A stretch of DNA of 64,000 nt from Utricularia gibba (GCA_002189035.1 CM007989.1:5146001-5210000), one strand, 5' to 3'; shown: positions 51,273 through 63,953, numbered from the stretch's first letter. Numbers and translations are program-made. The notes: generated by a model from the letters alone, not told the origin.

Positions 51273-52097
51273 CTAGAGTCCAACAAGTTGGTTGGCTCGA
51301 ATTTTACTGATTAGCACCGCAATTTGAGAATTATTCTTAAGCCGGAGAAGATTGCTTACATCCTTGAGCAAGATGTTCATGCACAACCCAGGACTAATGT
51401 AGCTGAAGATGTTCGGCGTGCATATCAGAAGTATCTAGATGATGGTGAACTTGTCTTCTGTATCATGCTTGCGTCAATAGCCCCTGATCACCAAAAACAG
51501 CATGAGGCGATGACTTGTCAACAGATGATAACACACTTCAAGGATCTGTTTGGTGAGTACTCGTGACTTGAAAGGTTCAAGACATCAAAGTTATTATTAA
51601 ATTTTCGCTTGGTAGAAGGAAGTTCTGCAGCTGGTCATGCGACATTGATGTTGAGTTACATTGAGAAGTTGTCCACTCTTGGTTTTGTGTTGGATAAGGA
51701 CTTGAGTATTGATTTAATCCTTACCTCACTACCTGAAAGCTATTCACAGTTTGTGATGAATTATTAGATGAACAAGATTGATCAAACTGTTCTTGAGTTA
51801 ATTCAGTTACTCAAGTTTGTTGAGACAACTATCACAAAGAAACAAAAGAATTTCCCAAGAAAAAAGTTTCCAAGAAGAAGAGTGAAGATAAGAAACTCAA
51901 AGCTAAAAGTGAGATCAAGAAGAAGAAGCTAATTGAAAAATTGGCTAAGGGTGAATGTTTTCACTGTGGGAAATCTAGTCATCGGAAGAGAAAATGCAAA
52001 GCTTACCTAGAGTCAATCAAGGGCAAGAACACTACTATCGAGAATGGTTCTTGGGTGTTAGATTTTGGTTGTGGTGCTCACATTTGCATGAACATGC
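51273..52097 (+). pseudogene. Angela-type gag, inverted copy forming a fold-back with 50370-51250
   Basis: Reverse-complement homolog of the adjacent gag; innermost 40 bp identical, about 88-90% further out by eye. Confidence 0.88.
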
Positions 52098-52157
52098 GAA
52101 TCTTGCTTATTGGGAAAAATGACAAAGCAACATTTTCTAGGAAAACGATCAAGAGCT

Positions 52158-53153
52158 TGATAACACATATTTTTGAGTGGCTCAATGCATGGAATTTACT
52201 CATTTTATGCTACAAAAATTAACTTTAATTGACCGTTTCTATATTTTTGCACATAAGTACTGTAGGAGTGCACTTTTAGTCTTAGTTTGGACAAAAAGGG
52301 AGGAAAGGTGGAGAGAGAAGCAAATCTCCCCTTGGAGACTCACGAACACAATTTCTGGGAACGTTTTCTGGGGAGGAAGAAGAAGGAAGACAAACAGGAA
52401 CGAAGCTGAAGTTCAAGATTATTTTCTGTCTTCGAAGAACATTACTCCTAGCTAAGAGTAGCTAGTGACGTTTTTTAGTTTTTGTTGACACTTCACATTA
52501 CTTGCTTGTTTGCTTTCTGGTATTTGACTGTGAAATGAGCACACTGTGGGTGATGTTTTTGTTTCCACTTTCATTTACCTTAAGCATGAGTGGCTAAGTA
52601 CTTAGGGGGGTGCCTTGGGGTAAAAAGGGGAGAAAAATGTTAATCAACCTTTAGATCTAAACAGCCATGAGTCACGCCACTTCCTTAACAAACCAGGATA
52701 GATCCAGGAGGGAGAAGTAGTGAAACCCAACTTAACAACCCTAATTAGAGGTAGACCAAAGATTAGGGGGAAAAACAAGAATCCGGGTAGACCTAGATCT
52801 TGTGAGTTAGTTATATGATTTGTGGTTTGTGTGAGTTTGTTTAGTGATGAGCATACATTCCCTAGGAGTCCCAAGGCATCACCCATTCCATTCCAGAAAT
52901 AACTGAACTCTAGAACTTGTTATTTTTATTTACTATATTTCGTTTTAGTTCTGCCTTAGTCCTAGCTAAGACCAATTTTACCAATGTTACACTAGTTTCG
53001 TGCGTCAACTTTCACATGGCAAGCACCTGCTCTTCGTGTTCGACCCTAATCACTATGCTCATAATTGTTTTATGCTTGAATGTGGGTTAGGTTATAAATT
53101 TATTTGATAGGAAAATTTGCAATTAATGACATTGCGTAATTTTTCGTTTATCA
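52158..53153 (+). mobile_element. Solo LTR, family B, with a ~170-bp internal deletion
   Basis: TGATAACAC...GTTTATCA; TSD GAGCT/AAGCT (one transition); the right flank resumes copia RT (ASRSWN). Confidence 0.88.
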
Positions 53154-53744
53154 AAGCTTCAAGAAGTTGGAACATGAAATTTGATGAGACAATCAAAGAG
53201 TTTGGTTTCTCTCAAAATGAAGATGAACCTTGTGTATATAAGAAGGTAGATGGCTTGGTAACCGGATTTCTCATAATCTACGTGGATGACATATTAGTAA
53301 TGAGAAATGATGTTGAAACAATGCAATCACTAAAAATCTAGTTATCCAAGAGCTTTTCAATGAAAGATCTTGGAGATGCGGCGTATATATTGGACATAAA
53401 TATCTATAGCGATAGATCAAAGAAACCTATTGGATTATCACAATCGACCTATATAGATAAAGTGTTAAAGAGGTTTAACATGGCTGATTGTAAGAGAGGT
53501 TTACTGCCCATGACACATAGGGCACTTTGAAAAATGATGTGCCCTAAAACAGAAGAAGATAGAGATTAGATGGCTCGAATCCCATATGCTTCTCCTATTG
53601 GGTCAATAATGTATACCACATTGTGTACTAGACTAGATGTGTCATATGCTTAAGTGTTACAAGCATATACTAGTCATACATTAGAATGGGACAAAAGAAA
53701 ACACTCAAAAGCATTCTTAAATACTTGAGAAGGACTAATGACAT
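53154..53744 (+). pseudogene. Angela-type copia RT fragment
   Basis: ASRSWNMKFDETIKEFGFSQNEDEPCVYKK..IIYVDDIL; MKDLGDAAYIL; IPYASPIGS; ILKYLRRTNDM. Confidence 0.9.
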
Positions 53745-54049
53745 GGAAAAAGCAATATGAATAATATTGTTCACTAAAATCATTGTATTTATAATGTTAT
53801 GCAACACTAGTAGTGGTGCTTTGGTATGCTCAATGAGTGGCGCTATCATTGATGGTGGTTTAGAGAATGCTCCATCATTAATGTTATTCAGCACTAGAGA
53901 CTGGAATTGAGGCACCTCGTGCAGTACAAATGCCCGAATCTCGGTCTCGACGATTCTCTGGGGTGTTTCGTGAGGGAGGAATACCCTTCATCCAAAAGAA
54001 TCCGGTAAACACTTTCGTATTCGAGGAATTTAAATATGGTGGCAAATAT

Positions 54050-55900
54050 AGGTGATACGATGAGAAGGTACATGTGCTGAATAAGGGAATTACGTTTGCT
54101 AGTAAAGTTCATTCCCAATATTGTGTTGCCCACTATCATATAAAACGAGGATATGAACTCATCGTTCCTGTTAGTCAGCCCACATTCTGGGAGGGTAAAT
54201 GTGCTCGTGCTAACATGGATCCTAAGTGTTATTGGTGCATAAGGATTATGCGATTTGCACGTCATGGAGTTTGGCAAGTATCGGTCTGTGACTTTCCACA
54301 TACTTGCATGGCATATATGGATGGAGCACAACATTGATACCTTTCTGGTTTATTCACTAAATATGAACTTATGCATACTACACATAGAAAAGGAGGCATA
54401 GTTTAAATATTTCTTAATTTTTTTTACATAATTTATATTTTTAATAACTTTTCTTTGTTGTCGTGATTAAGGTTGCAAATGCTTGAAAATGTATTTTTGA
54501 AAAATATCAGAAGAAGATTACTTATGAACCTGCATGATACAGTGCTCAACTTGCTTTTGAGTTGGTCTATGAAACATGGGAATCATCAGTGCAAAAGCTC
54601 TTTGCATTATTTCTGGCAATCACGCAAGCCAATTCGGGTACAGTGGTCTCGTGGGATTGCTTTCCCACTATTGTAGGACAGGATCATACAATCATGCACT
54701 ATGTTTTTTGGGCCTATAGTCCCTTTATTCGAGCATTCAAGTTTTGCAGGCCTATTGTTATGGTTGATGCCACCTTTTTATATGGATGTTATGACCACAA
54801 GTTGCTCGTGGCCACTACCAAGGATCGAGGTGGCCACATCCTACCATTAGCCTATGCATTCGTCGATGAGGAGAGTAGAGATGCATATTTTTGGTTTATT
54901 TATTTGCTAGATGAGCATTTTTTTTGTCGAGACCAAGGTAGCATAATCTCGAATAGAGCTACAAGCATGCTTGCAGTTGTAAGGAATTACGCTAGGTTTC
55001 AAGAAGGCCGTCTGGCCCACTTTTCGTGTTTGCATTATTATGTTTCCAACTTCAACAAGAAGGTTGGAAGCAAAATACTTAAGAAATGGCTTACAATGCT
55101 GGAGCAACCTTTTATCCAAGAAAGATGATGATGTACCTCGAAAGGATTCAAAAGAAAAATCCGACGGCTTATGCATGGTTCTTTGAGCCGAAAAATGGTC
55201 CATATGAGAGATGAGCACTGTCATATGATTCAGGCATACGCTACGAGATTCTAACATCTAATGCAACAGAGATCATGAACAATGTTCTCAAGGTTTGCCG
55301 TCGGTTTCCCTCAGATACAATTGTTGAGACTACGTTGTACAAGTCAGCTACCATCCTCCGTGAGTGTAAAGAGGAGATCACCTCGATGACAGAAAACCAC
55401 TAGGTATTATGTTTGAGGTTACTTAATTTTGAGTATTTTTAATGCTTTATTATTTTACTTTATGTATAACACTTGTTATCTATGTATGCAAGCGCTCTTA
55501 GATGAGGCAAAACGTTTTTGGGACAGAGCACGTGAACGAGCTAAGACACACAAGGTGCATCAATTCGAGACGGCGAATATGTCATTTCAGATTGAAGTCA
55601 TCAGCCGTGGGAAAGGTAGACGCTATCGTTATAGAGTGATGCTTTGTGATCAAACATGTAGTTGCAGAAAGTGGACTAAGTATGGTTCTCCATGCTCTCA
55701 TGCTTTTCCTGTTGCTAAAAAGGTAAAGGTAGGTGACGATGATCTCATGATTAGTGTCGATATATTGTATGTGTTGCGACAAACGTATACTAAAGAGGTT
55801 TTCAACCCTCTTGACTTTGATACTGTTGTCCTTACCCAGGCTGGACCCTATACCATGATCCTAAACGCCGTGGGACTATTGTTGGCAGACAGCATCACAC
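54050..55900 (+). pseudogene. MuDR/MULE transposase (DNA-binding, DDE and SWIM domains), disrupted
   Basis: KC...CYW..R..W.V....HTC; CRPIVMVDATFLYGCY..LLVA..D..ILPLAYAFVDEES; CSCRKW...PCSHA. Stops and small introns. Confidence 0.88.
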
Positions 55901-56050
55901 AAGAATACACAATGAGATGGATTGGGGAGCGAATCCACCACGAGCAGAATAGTCTAATGGATTTGGTTTTTTCTAGTTTCAACTTTGATTAATTGCTAGT
56001 TAGAGTTATTTATTTTGGATATTTTATTTATGGTTGTTTTCAAACTACTT

Positions 56051-56760
56051 TCATAAAAATAGCTTATTTGATAACAACAAAACACATCTACTCATGCCTA
56101 CGCAGCCGTGATGATGATGGATGGGTCGCATCATTTGGACCACTATATAGTGGTGGAAATGGGAATCTTCAATACCCATAACCCTCCCAGCACTAGACTG
56201 GCTCAATCCTGCATGGGGCATCATGAACTCGATGGGTAAGGAGGCAGCCAAGGATATGACGGAGTCATAGCCAAGAGTGGTGGTCGCACATTGGAAGAAG
56301 GAGCCTCGCAAGAGTGGTCTACTCATTGGTGCCGCATACTGCTGAAACAACTCTACATTGAAATCCTTGTATGGTTGGTCCATGTGGACCTGTGCAGGGT
56401 CATCATAACTTGGTAGCAGTGAGTGATGTGCCACGAGTGACTGGCTCCATCCAAGCTGCTAGCTAAGACCCTCATATGCCCACGTTGCTTCTTGATCCGC
56501 AGCATGAAATCTATCTAGCTGTGCGACCTGAAAAAAAATAAGATATCATAAATAAGTTTACACAATCTAACTCATATTTGCACAAAGGATTATTTTATCG
56601 CATAAGCTATCGGCTCTGCATCTCCAACTCGATATCCATCACCCTTCTCTCGTCTTCTTCCAAGATACAACTACGCACGCGGCCTATACCAAGTCATGTA
56701 CGCCGCCTCAGACACTGTAGGGATGTCATGCATCTAGAGAATGTGACTGTGCCTAGATGC
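56051..56760 (-). pseudogene. Remnant of a convergent second MULE gene, possibly plant-mobile-domain (PMD)-associated
   Basis: MHDIPTVSEAAYMTWYRPRA* resembles the YM.WY motif at the end of PMD proteins; polypyrimidine-AG acceptor near 56533; 127-codon open frame 56051-56434. Confidence 0.4.
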
Positions 56761-57529
56761 TCACAAAGCTATACGTATAGCATGCTCCAACGTCCAATCA
56801 GTATTATTAAACTTATGTTCTACAGGACCATGAACTCTTAAATGTGAGTATATGTCAATCTACAAAAAAAACATTACGTATTTAATAAGAAATAATATAA
56901 TAAATTAAATATATTAGTCAGTAATAAAAAATAATAATAAAATATTATTCATAAAAAAATCTTACGTCAATGTACAAAAAAATTAAAACAAAATTGATAA
57001 ATATCATATATGTAATAAAAAAACTATAAAAAATAAATAAACAAAATAATTAATCAAACAATAAAAAAAATTAAATAACTAACTTGATTGTTTTCCTGCA
57101 ATCAAAAATTAAAATGTCAAAACTTATGAATATAAAAAATATATAAAAATTTCATAATCTTACCCCTGTAATCAAAATGTTTTTTGATCACAATTTTACA
57201 CTTGTAAAATATGAAGAACGATAAGGGTATTTATAAGGAGAATGTAATAATAGGACAAGTGAGCGTGCCTGGGGAATGGGAGGGGAGCACGGCTCGCTGC
57301 CATTTGGAGCACCGAGGCACCATCAATGATGGTGCCATGCTGTGTGGACTCCGAGGCAGCATCACTGATGGCATTCTCTAGCATATAGTTCTAAAGCACT
57401 ATCATTGGTGGCATGTATTTCTAATGCGCCATCAATGATGGCGTGATAGACAAAGCGCTATTACTAATCGCGTATACTACTATTAATATGTTGTATTTAT
57501 TAATCAATATTATTTCTGTTAATTTTTCC

Positions 57530-57775
57530 TAATGACATGTCCTTGATTTATGTTGGTCAAGATCTCCAAGTTGAAGAATATGTTTCCAATCTCATCATGA
57601 TGACTTGAAGTCTCAGTCCGGATACATATTCATCCTAACTGAGGTGCAGTCGCTTAGAAAAGTTCTAAGCAAGAAATGATTGCTCATTCACAATTGAAGC
57701 AGGAAGTACATGCAGTGCACATAGAGTCCATTGAATGAGATACTTCAATGACTAGCTGTAGTACAAGTGAGAGAT
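57530..57775 (+). pseudogene. Angela-type RNase H remnant (internally deleted) plus PPT
   Basis: DLKSQSGYIF..KSSKQ..STIEA, then a jump to EVHAVHIESI.MRYFND; CAAGTGAGAGAT precedes the LTR. Confidence 0.8.
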
Positions 57776-58854
57776 TGTGGTGTATGTGTTATAGAGACAA
57801 TCAACTCATTGGTAAATCTTATCTTTTGATATCTACTTTGAATTGTGATCAAATTTATATCATTGATAAAATCCTCTACTTGATCTATGTGCTATAGAAA
57901 TTATGATGAAGTTAAAAATTCCCTAGCTAGAGTATTTGTAAAATGATGATACCACAAATACGGATAAGCTAGCACACATTAAGTTCCCTAAATTGTTACA
58001 ATAGCAAGATCTCGAATATGACAGGCTTGCAAGTAAGCTTAGACTTGAGGTCAGAGTTATCTTGATCTTAAGCTCGCATTTTCGCTCATTAATAATGGGA
58101 GTCTAACCATGACTTGCCTAGTATAGATGAGAAGGGATGCTACTCCTTATAGTTGGAGATAGTTGATTGATCAATAAATGACTCATCACTCATGTTAGCT
58201 ATGAGATCATACCACAAGTAATTGCATCAAAGCTTAATAGTAAGTCTTAGGCCAAGGTAATGACACTCGATGTGCTTGAGTTGGCCATTGAATGTTAGTG
58301 AATGAATGCAATTATAAGTTCGATACATTAGAAAGGAACACACCCATTTTCTAGTATCGATTGAGATATAAGTATTATAAAAGTTTTTCATTGCATGGAG
58401 GCTAGTCATGGAAAGGTTCAATCAGTTCACTTGATTATTCTTACATCTTGAGGATGATGATATGTTGCTAGACGTCACTCATGATCGATAATGATGGATT
58501 TGATTAATTAAGAGTTAATTAATAAATCCATTATTGCGGCCTTCATTGAAGAAGCGTCACTCATTATCGTCACTCATGATCGATAATGAGTCACACACAA
58601 TAGTGGAGTCACCCATCGATATAAAACAGAATGACACAATTACATGAGAAGGTTATCAACGAAGTGCTTCACTTGGGGATATCATAGAGGTCGTCTACTG
58701 TTGGCAGTTGGTGCACAACGGAGTCCACTGAAGCGTATTGTCAGTATCCCTTTATATGACGTATACTGTATTCCAAGATTTGTGTTTGGGGTTTCTTGAA
58801 AATATTGAAATTCTGCTGCTTTCGTAACATACGATGTCTACAAGAAATCTAAAA
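57776..58854 (+). mobile_element. Angela-type 3' LTR (family D), internally deleted
   Basis: Reverse-complement homolog of 13461-14895; follows the PPT. Confidence 0.85.
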
Positions 58855-58859
58855 ATTAA

Positions 58860-59560
58860 CACTTAAACATTCACCTTTCGCATGTCTACAACATGCTTTT
58901 GTGACATGCAATGTTGATACAGAGTTTCTCTTCCAATGACCATATTTGGCAAAGTAAAACATTCACCTTTAGCTGGTTTTCAACTAAATTCTTCTTTTTG
59001 ATCTCACTTTTATCCTTGAGTTTCTTGTCTTGACTCTTCTTCTTGGAAACTGTTTTCCTTGAAGAGTCAAGCATGACATTTTTTTGTTCCTTTATGATAG
59101 TTGTCTCAATAGACTTGAGTAATTGAATCAACTCAGGAACAGTTTGATCCATCTTGTTTATCTGCTAGTTCATCACAAACTATAAATTGCTATTGGGATG
59201 TGAGGTAAGGATTAAGTCAATACTCAAGTCCTTATCCGATACAAAACCAATAGCGAACAACCTTTCAGTGTATCTTAACATCAATTTCGCATGATTAGCT
59301 ACAGAACTTCCTTCTACTAGGTGACAATTGAGCAATAGCTTTAATGTTCTGAACCTTTCAAGTTGCGAGTGCTTGCCATACAGATCCTTGAGGGGTGTTA
59401 TCATCTATTGAAAAGTCATCACCTCATGTGTTTTTTGGAGATCAAGGACCATCGAAGCAAGCATGATACAAGAGACCAGCTCATCATCATCTAAATACTT
59501 CCGATATGCACACCAAACATCTTCAGGCGCATTAGCTCTAGATTGTGTAGGAACATATTG
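58860..59560 (-). pseudogene. Third Angela-type gag fragment
   Basis: LKDLYGKHSQLERFRTLKLLLNC..DKDLSIDLILTS..MDQTVPELIQLLK, homologous to 50480-51150. Confidence 0.85.
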
Positions 59561-60210
59561 CTACACAATATGTCCAAAGTGCACTCTTTCTACTTTTCTT
59601 TTGAGAAGGCCCAATTGTCCACCTATACAAGAAGAGAGTCATTCTTGTACCACTTTAGACTTATCAAGCTTTTCTTGTGATGTTTAATATGATTTATCAC
59701 TTCCATGTCCTTGTTTTGTGAGCATCATTTTCATAGTTTGGGTTGTAAGGATTTTCATTCCATGATGGCCAGCTTGTTCGTTTATTGAAGGATTTCTTTA
59801 TTGGAAACTTAAGATCTGATTTGCAAAACATTTGTAGTTTGGACGGTTGCATCATGTGAGCAAATGCTTTGACAGATAGCCAACAATAACATGAACTCAT
59901 TGGAAAATGGTTGTATTCAAGGGACTTGCAAATGGATTCTATACTAATAAATGTCGAGCACGCGATACACAAAGTCGGATGACCCTCACTGGGTTATGTT
60001 TTTCTTTCATTCGTAACAACTTTCCAATTACTTCTGAACTTCTTATCATCTCTTGAATTTGCATGGCTGCATGGTCATGTTCATTATTCAATATACCACC
60101 TTCAAGGATCAAGTTCATTATTCAATATACTACCTTCATACAAGAATGAAAACTAGATGGAGTCCATGTGGATGTTCCAAACTCCAACAAATTCCATCGA
60201 AGACCCTAGT

Positions 60211-61382
60211 TGTCAAGGCCCAAATTCACACCTTATAAATTTAGACCTTGATGTCATGTTCCCGAAAAGGAACATAAGGCTGTATTATCCTATCAACTTA
60301 AAATGATAGGGAAATTGGATTAATTTAGGTTATATCACATAGTAAGAGGTGAAGCAAAAAGAAAGTAATTCACATAACTATTATACAACATGGTAGACAA
60401 CATAATAGTTTACCTAACATGCTCCCTACACAAACTTAACGCTTCAAGAATTCACAAGACAACCTAGAAACATAAGAATTAGTTTGGATGCAAGCTCTAT
60501 TCCGAACAACCAAGTTAGGCCCACAACCAAGAGACTCCAAAATGACTGGCAATGAGATCCATTTCCTACAACCTGGATCATAGCACCTAGTCCTACCTTT
60601 CCCGTTCATTAGCTGGAATAATTAGCGGTCAAGGAGTGAATGCAATTCATTTAATCAATAAGGGCATGAAGAGCAAGTATGTATCCATTCAAAATAAAGG
60701 TTCATTAGAAAACAAGAATAAGCAATAACATTTGACATATTATGAGCCCATTAACTATGTGACCATTTACGTGCCTGGTTGCACCCCTTGATCTTAGTAA
60801 CTCTAGTCTGGCAACCTTAGAAGCCAAGATCAAGAAGTTCCTTTTGGCTTTGGCCTTATGAAATCAATAAAGGGGGCACATACGGTTGCACCCCTTTACC
60901 AAGTCCATACGGTTGCAGTCCCATTGCCATTGTTCCATTTCACAACCTCATACCGTTTGGTAGCTAAAACTCCATAAGGAGTTGCCTTAAGCATGCTTGA
61001 CATATAAAAGTCTCCATCCATAACTCCCTATAAGTTTTCTACTTCAAAACAATGCACTTTAATCTCATAACCTATCACGATACATATGAAAACCATGCCA
61101 TATTTCATGAATCTTTCCTTACTTAATGATTACAAAATAAAAATCATTTGAAATCATTTAGACCCCATCATTCAGACACTGTAATTTACCGATATTAGCC
61201 TTTTCCAGGGCAGGCCGGTGAATCAGAATCACTACTGTGCCGGTTCCGAGCATGCTGATTTTTTGTGATTCCATGCTTACCCGATTTAAACTCAACTCCA
61301 TGCCACGCGCCATCCCCTGAGCGTTTCCGAGGGGGTGATTCGGGGCTTCTTTGTACACTTTGGGATCCCAATTGGGATTTTT
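60211..61382. repeat. Family E LTR-like repeat, second copy
   Basis: Starts TGTCAAGGCCCAAATT; collinear with 24258-24740 plus 25999-26330. Confidence 0.65.
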
Positions 61383-62324
61383 TGTTGGGTTTCTTGTAGA
61401 CATCCAATTTCCGAAAAGCAGTGGAATTTAAAATTTTTCGAGACACCCCAATGAAGATCTTAGAATACGGTATACATAAGACGAAGGGATGCTGAAAAGA
61501 CCTTTCAGAGGACTCCGTTGTTCACCAACCGCCAATAGCAGACGGCATCTATGGTATCCACACGTGGAGTACTCCGTGGATAACCTTCTCAAGGCTGTAG
61601 AATGTTGGTCGAATTCCTCAGGTACTAGTAGAGTAAATTGCCCACTTGTGGATCAATCTCAAAAAGCATGAAGACCTGGGTGCAGATCTGTAGATCTAAA
61701 TCTTTTGATAGATATTTGGTAAGATATCAAATCAAATCTCCGTAAAGATCTTATCTTGTGGAAATATGTATATTTTCCAAATCAATATTAATCTCAGAAT
61801 AACTCTATATTTACTTTATCCACTTTACCAATTACATCTCATGTAATTGTGTCATTTTATTTTATATCGATAAGTGACACCACTATTGTGACCCTATAGG
61901 CTTCTTTAATCAAGGCCGTAATAATGGATTTATTAATTAACTCTTAATTAATTAAATCCATCATTATCGATCATGAGTGATGTCTAGCAACATATCATGA
62001 TCTCTTAAGATGTAAGAATAATCATATGAACTGATTGAGCCTTTCCTTGACCAGCCGCCATGCAATGAACAGCTTTTATCATACTTATATCTCATTTGAT
62101 ACCAAAACATGGGTGTGTGTCTTTTTGATTTATCAAACTTATCATTGCATTTAACCACTAAAACTCAATGACCTACTCAAACACTTTGAGTGTCATGACC
62201 ATGTGCCAAGGACTTACTGTTATAGGAATTCATCAATGATATAAATTTGATCACAATTCAAAGTAAATATCAAAAGATAAGATTTTCCAATGAGTTGATT
62301 GTCTCTTGAACACATACACCAAAA
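61383..62324 (-). mobile_element. Family D (Angela) LTR with a large internal deletion
   Basis: Same-orientation homolog of 13461-14895; no PBS, PPT or TSD recognisable. Confidence 0.8.
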
Positions 62325-62329
62325 ATTGT

Positions 62330-62520
62330 GTCTTCTGTTAAGTACTATCTTCTCCCATCAAGTGATCATGTAATCCGCAAACGCAACAATAGCAAGCTTG
62401 AGCTTCTTGGCATCAGAATTGTTGTGGTATTCAAAGACATGCTCCATATTTGAAATAGGCAATTGGATCATTCTTCTCTTTAATGTTGTCAAATTCCATG
62501 TAGTCATGTGTGTGCCATTC
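62330..62520 (-). pseudogene. CRM/chromovirus-type gag fragment
   Basis: KNDPIAYF..MEHVFEYHNNSDAKKLKLAIVAFADYMIT*WEKIVLNRR resembles the KNDPEAYLEWE.K.E.VF.CHNYS..KKVKLA..EF.DYA..WW pattern. Confidence 0.7.
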
Positions 62521-63559
62521 TACAAGAGTATTCTAGTTTTGAGATTTCTTCATGCTGTTGTAACAATATGCATCTCATTCTGCTACAAGACATCGTTGTA
62601 GTGTTTAGCCCTTTGTTTGTGCATGTGTAAACTATGCTCTAATCACGTGCTTTCGTCACATCTCCACCACTCTGATTTTAAAATCCGTTTGAGGGCGTGC
62701 AACCAACAAGGGCCGCTCCTTCAAGTTGCTATAGGACACATCCAAGCCGTACGATTTCCGAAACTGTTGTGTTCAATGCCACGGTGGCTACCAACCCATG
62801 TTCCGTGCTTTGATAAATGCTGGCCATGGATGCACATTGTGATCATCCAGAGGTCGCATTCACTGAGCTAGTCATGAGCCTAGTTTACTCTGATGTCTTT
62901 GTTTGCAATTGTATGGCACTCAGTTATCCACAAAATGCTAGAAAACTCTCTTTATGACATGCACAAACACACAAGGAAGTGACTAGCATCAATGATATCA
63001 ACAACTTGTTCATAAACACCAATTTCGGGGCCCTCCGTGGGGATGTGCTTGGCCTGATGCATCCAACGAGCCATACTAAACGACACATCCTCTTTAGTTC
63101 GATAAAACCTCAACGTGCATCACCAGGCTGCCAATTGGATGGTGGCTCAAGGTGCATTCCCTAAAAATATCCATGCTCATTCGAGAACGATGGTGCCATG
63201 AAAACTCGCTCGACGCCAACTACATGTTCGAAGCTCTAACAAATGTCATCAACGAGTCTCATAGCGTATCTGGTTGATTGGTTGCGAATGACCATGCCGT
63301 CGTCTCCAGAATTTCAGGCCTAGAATACTGATGTCTTTCAGCTAACAATGGAGTTTCCATATCCTTCTTCATCCTACTCACGGAATCAGCAACAAGGGTA
63401 GCCCTTGCGAAGGAAATGGAGTTTCCATTTTGATGGAAGGGGCACCTTCACGGCACCATGTTTGATTCTTTACCCTAAAGATGTCCCTCAGCTTGAGAGA
63501 TTCTATATACATCATGCACTTCGCAACGGAAGGATTGTGCCTCGTTGGATTCAGAAGAG

Positions 63560-63953
63560 GGGAGTAATGAAACTCATTTTAACAACGCTAGTTAGAAGTA
63601 GATCAAAGATCAGGGGGAAAAGAAGAGTTTGAATGGACCTAGACTTTTGGAGATAAGCATGCAAGCCCTAGGAATCCCACACCCATCTCAATTAGGTATA
63701 ATCGAGGACACAACTTTGTCACTTTTCTTTACAGTATTTTATCGCAACTGTGCCTGAGTCCAAGTTAAACCCAAATCTATCAACATGACACTGATTGCAT
63801 GCATTGACTTTTACATAGCAAGCACCTGCTCTTCGTGTTTGACCCTAATCACTATACTCATAATTATATTATGCTTGCATGTGCATTAGGTTATAAATTT
63901 ATTTAATAGGAGAAATTTTCATTTTAACGATGTACAATATTTTTCATTTATAA
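63560..63953 (+). repeat. Family B LTR 3' fragment
   Basis: Aligns with 7260-7679 (acatagcaagcacctgctcttcgtgtttgaccctaatcactat..ggttataaatttattt). Confidence 0.75.

Larger units (their letters stand above)
53745..57529 (+). mobile_element. Mutator-like element (MULE)
   Basis: Perfect 9-bp TSD TAATGACAT (53736-53744, 57530-57538); termini GGAAAAA...TTTTTCC with degenerate long TIRs; encodes a MuDR transposase; removing it restores the copia frame RRTNDM/SLIY. Confidence 0.93.
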
